From: Candidatus Doudnabacteria bacterium
GTDB lineage: Bacteria; Patescibacteriota; Doudnabacteria; UBA920
NCBI GenBank assembly: GCA_903913365.1
Contig: CAIWKW010000060.1
Location: forward strand, 1 to 32,774
Direction of reading: 5' to 3'
Length of the DNA: 32,774 nucleotides
This document shows positions 31,506 through 32,774 of the stretch, in pieces. Positions within the stretch are counted from its first letter, which is position 1. Every line of letters starts with the position of its first letter. The notes beneath the pieces are model-generated. The model saw nothing but the letters and a program-made list of their open reading frames with translations. It was not told where the DNA came from and made no database searches. Position numbers and translations under genes: made by a program.

Positions 31506-32774
31506 ATGAAGCAAAGACTGAAAATTGGATATATTCCTATTTTAGACCACCTGATTTTGGGAGTAGCAGATTTCAATGACGGTGCCCATTTTGAAAACTT
31601 TGAGCTTGAAGCGGTTCGTTTTGAAAATTTGCCCACACTTGCAAACGCCTTGCAGAACAAAGAAATTGATGGCGCGTTTTGTCTGTATCCAATCATGGAA
31701 AATTTATATCGTCAGGGGTTAGATATCAAAGTGGTTTTGCTTGGACATCGCGAGGGACAAGTGCTTGTGGTAAATAACGAAATAAATTCGATTGAGAACT
31801 TACGCGGGAAAACAATTTTAATTCCTCATAAATTTTCAACCCATCATATTTTACTGCAACAAATTCTACAACAGAATGGATTAAATATTAAAAAGGACGT
31901 AACGATAAAAATCGGGTATAAAAAAATAACTGATGTCCTTGATTATTTGGAAAAAGGTGAAATCCAGGCTTTTATTATTGCTGAACCGCTTGGAACGGAA
32001 GCACGAAGAAAGAAAATTGGAAAAATTTTGGCATTATCACATAATATTAAGCTGCATCATATTGATTGCGTTTTGGTTTTAAACAGTGAGGTCTTAAATA
32101 AGAATCAGGAGGCCATAAAAGAGTTTATAGGTAGTTTGGTAAAGGCGGGTATGTTTATAAACGATTATCCCAGACAGGCCGCTGAGATTGGAGAAAAATT
32201 TTTGGGTTGGCCGAGCAAAGTTCTTTTAGAGGCATTGACCCATGACTTTGGACATATTTTATTTTGGGATTTACTACCAAGGGTGGAAGATTTTCAGGAG
32301 TTGGAAAACATTGCCGTTGACGAAATGGGTTTATGGGATTCAAAAATAGATTTGAAAAATTTTATTTTTCCGAAACTTGCCCAAGCCGCCTATCGTGAAT
32401 GGGTGATTGATACCAGAAAAGCAACAAAGGATAAAGGGTTAAACCGTTCATTGCCAGGGAGTTTTCAAGAAGCAAATAATAAATTTCAATCCCATTTTGA
32501 TTCTCCAATCTTTTTGAGCGGGATTAAAATTATATATCCGGGGGATAAATATCCGTCAAAAATATCCAAGATAGAAAAACCCGACGAGCCATACAGTGTT
32601 TTGCTAAATAACTTTATAGGGAAAAGTGAGACTGTCATCAATTCTGTACTACCTGAATTTAAAGCCTACGCGTTTGTAGATTCAAAAGATGGAATAGTAC
32701 CAGAAAAAATAATACTAAAGCTTAACAAAGAAGAAGCGGATAAATGTCTTAAGGCCTTAACTCTTGGAGAAGAA
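31506..32774 (+). CDS. NMT1/NrtA/SsuA-like substrate-binding-fold protein without signal peptide, with C-terminal extension (runs off the window end)
   Basis: Absent from the track (no stop). I checked the frame codon by codon to 32774 (423 codons). N-terminus MKQRLKIGYIPILDHLILGV... and ...IIAEPLGTEA resemble NitT/TauT-type binding proteins. AT-rich, host-like. Confidence 0.5.
   Translation, partial: MKQRLKIGYIPILDHLILGVADFNDGAHFENFELEAVRFENLPTLANALQNKEIDGAFCLYPIMENLYRQGLDIKVVLLGHREGQVLVVNNEINSIENLRGKTILIPHKFSTHHILLQQILQQNGLNIKKDVTIKIGYKKITDVLDYLEKGEIQAFIIAEPLGTEARRKKIGKILALSHNIKLHHIDCVLVLNSEVLNKNQEAIKEFIGSLVKAGMFINDYPRQAAEIGEKFLGWPSKVLLEALTHDFGHILFWDLLPRVEDFQELENIAVDEMGLWDSKIDLKNFIFPKLAQAAYREWVIDTRKATKDKGLNRSLPGSFQEANNKFQSHFDSPIFLSGIKIIYPGDKYPSKISKIEKPDEPYSVLLNNFIGKSETVINSVLPEFKAYAFVDSKDGIVPEKIILKLNKEEADKCLKALTLGEE

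Noticed and set aside
1-32774. CRISPR arrays, rRNA genes, IS transposases, and alternative genetic code (UGA recoding, as in some CPR lineages)
   Set aside because: I saw no regularly spaced direct repeats, no rRNA-like sequence and no DDE/IS-type ORFs. All housekeeping genes are full length under the standard code, with TGA used as a stop (for example at the end of tsaE).

Overview
The window looks like the chromosomal replication-origin neighbourhood of a small, AT-rich bacterium. The CPR/Patescibacteria-like assignment is inferred from gene content, short genes and the general lack of Shine-Dalgarno (SD) sites. The core is rpmH-rnpA-yidD-yidC-jag on the + strand, diverging from dnaA-dnaN-recF-DUF721(DciA-like) on the - strand. 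Housekeeping genes flank this core: a pilB/gspE fragment, a DHH-like protein, tsaE, VanW, ruvB, a mannose-1-P guanylyltransferase, GT2, DedA, a frameshifted O-antigen-ligase-like gene, a class A PBP, tyrS, ruvC, yebC and rsmI. From about 24.95-26.0 kb to about 31.5 kb the sequence changes character: it is visibly GC-richer, has strong GGAGG ribosome-binding sites, and carries several near-consensus sigma70 promoters. This block contains a tRNA-Ile with the rare UAU anticodon and a large serine recombinase whose stop codon lies inside the tRNA 3' end. It also holds a phiX-A-like two-tyrosine HUH rolling-circle Rep, a Cys-rich small protein and several orphan genes. Two candidate structured noncoding RNAs are present, each with its own promoter and intrinsic terminator. 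The most unusual locus is 30008-31489. It has a perfect TTGACA-17-TATAAT promoter, a ~300-nt RNA closed by a long-range helix and ending in a long terminator hairpin, then a two-gene cassette (a 144-aa orphan and an atypical receiver-like protein). I could not assign this locus to any known system. Other oddities: a 72-bp palindromic, in-frame, GC-rich insertion in rsmI; a similar hydrophilic in-frame insertion plus an A6-tract frameshift in the O-antigen-ligase-like gene; a 107-bp element with 21-bp inverted termini after tyrS; and a 32-aa hyper-acidic micro-ORF with its own SD and terminator. No CRISPR array, rRNA gene or transposase was seen. All calls come from reading the sequence and ORF translations by eye, with no database search.
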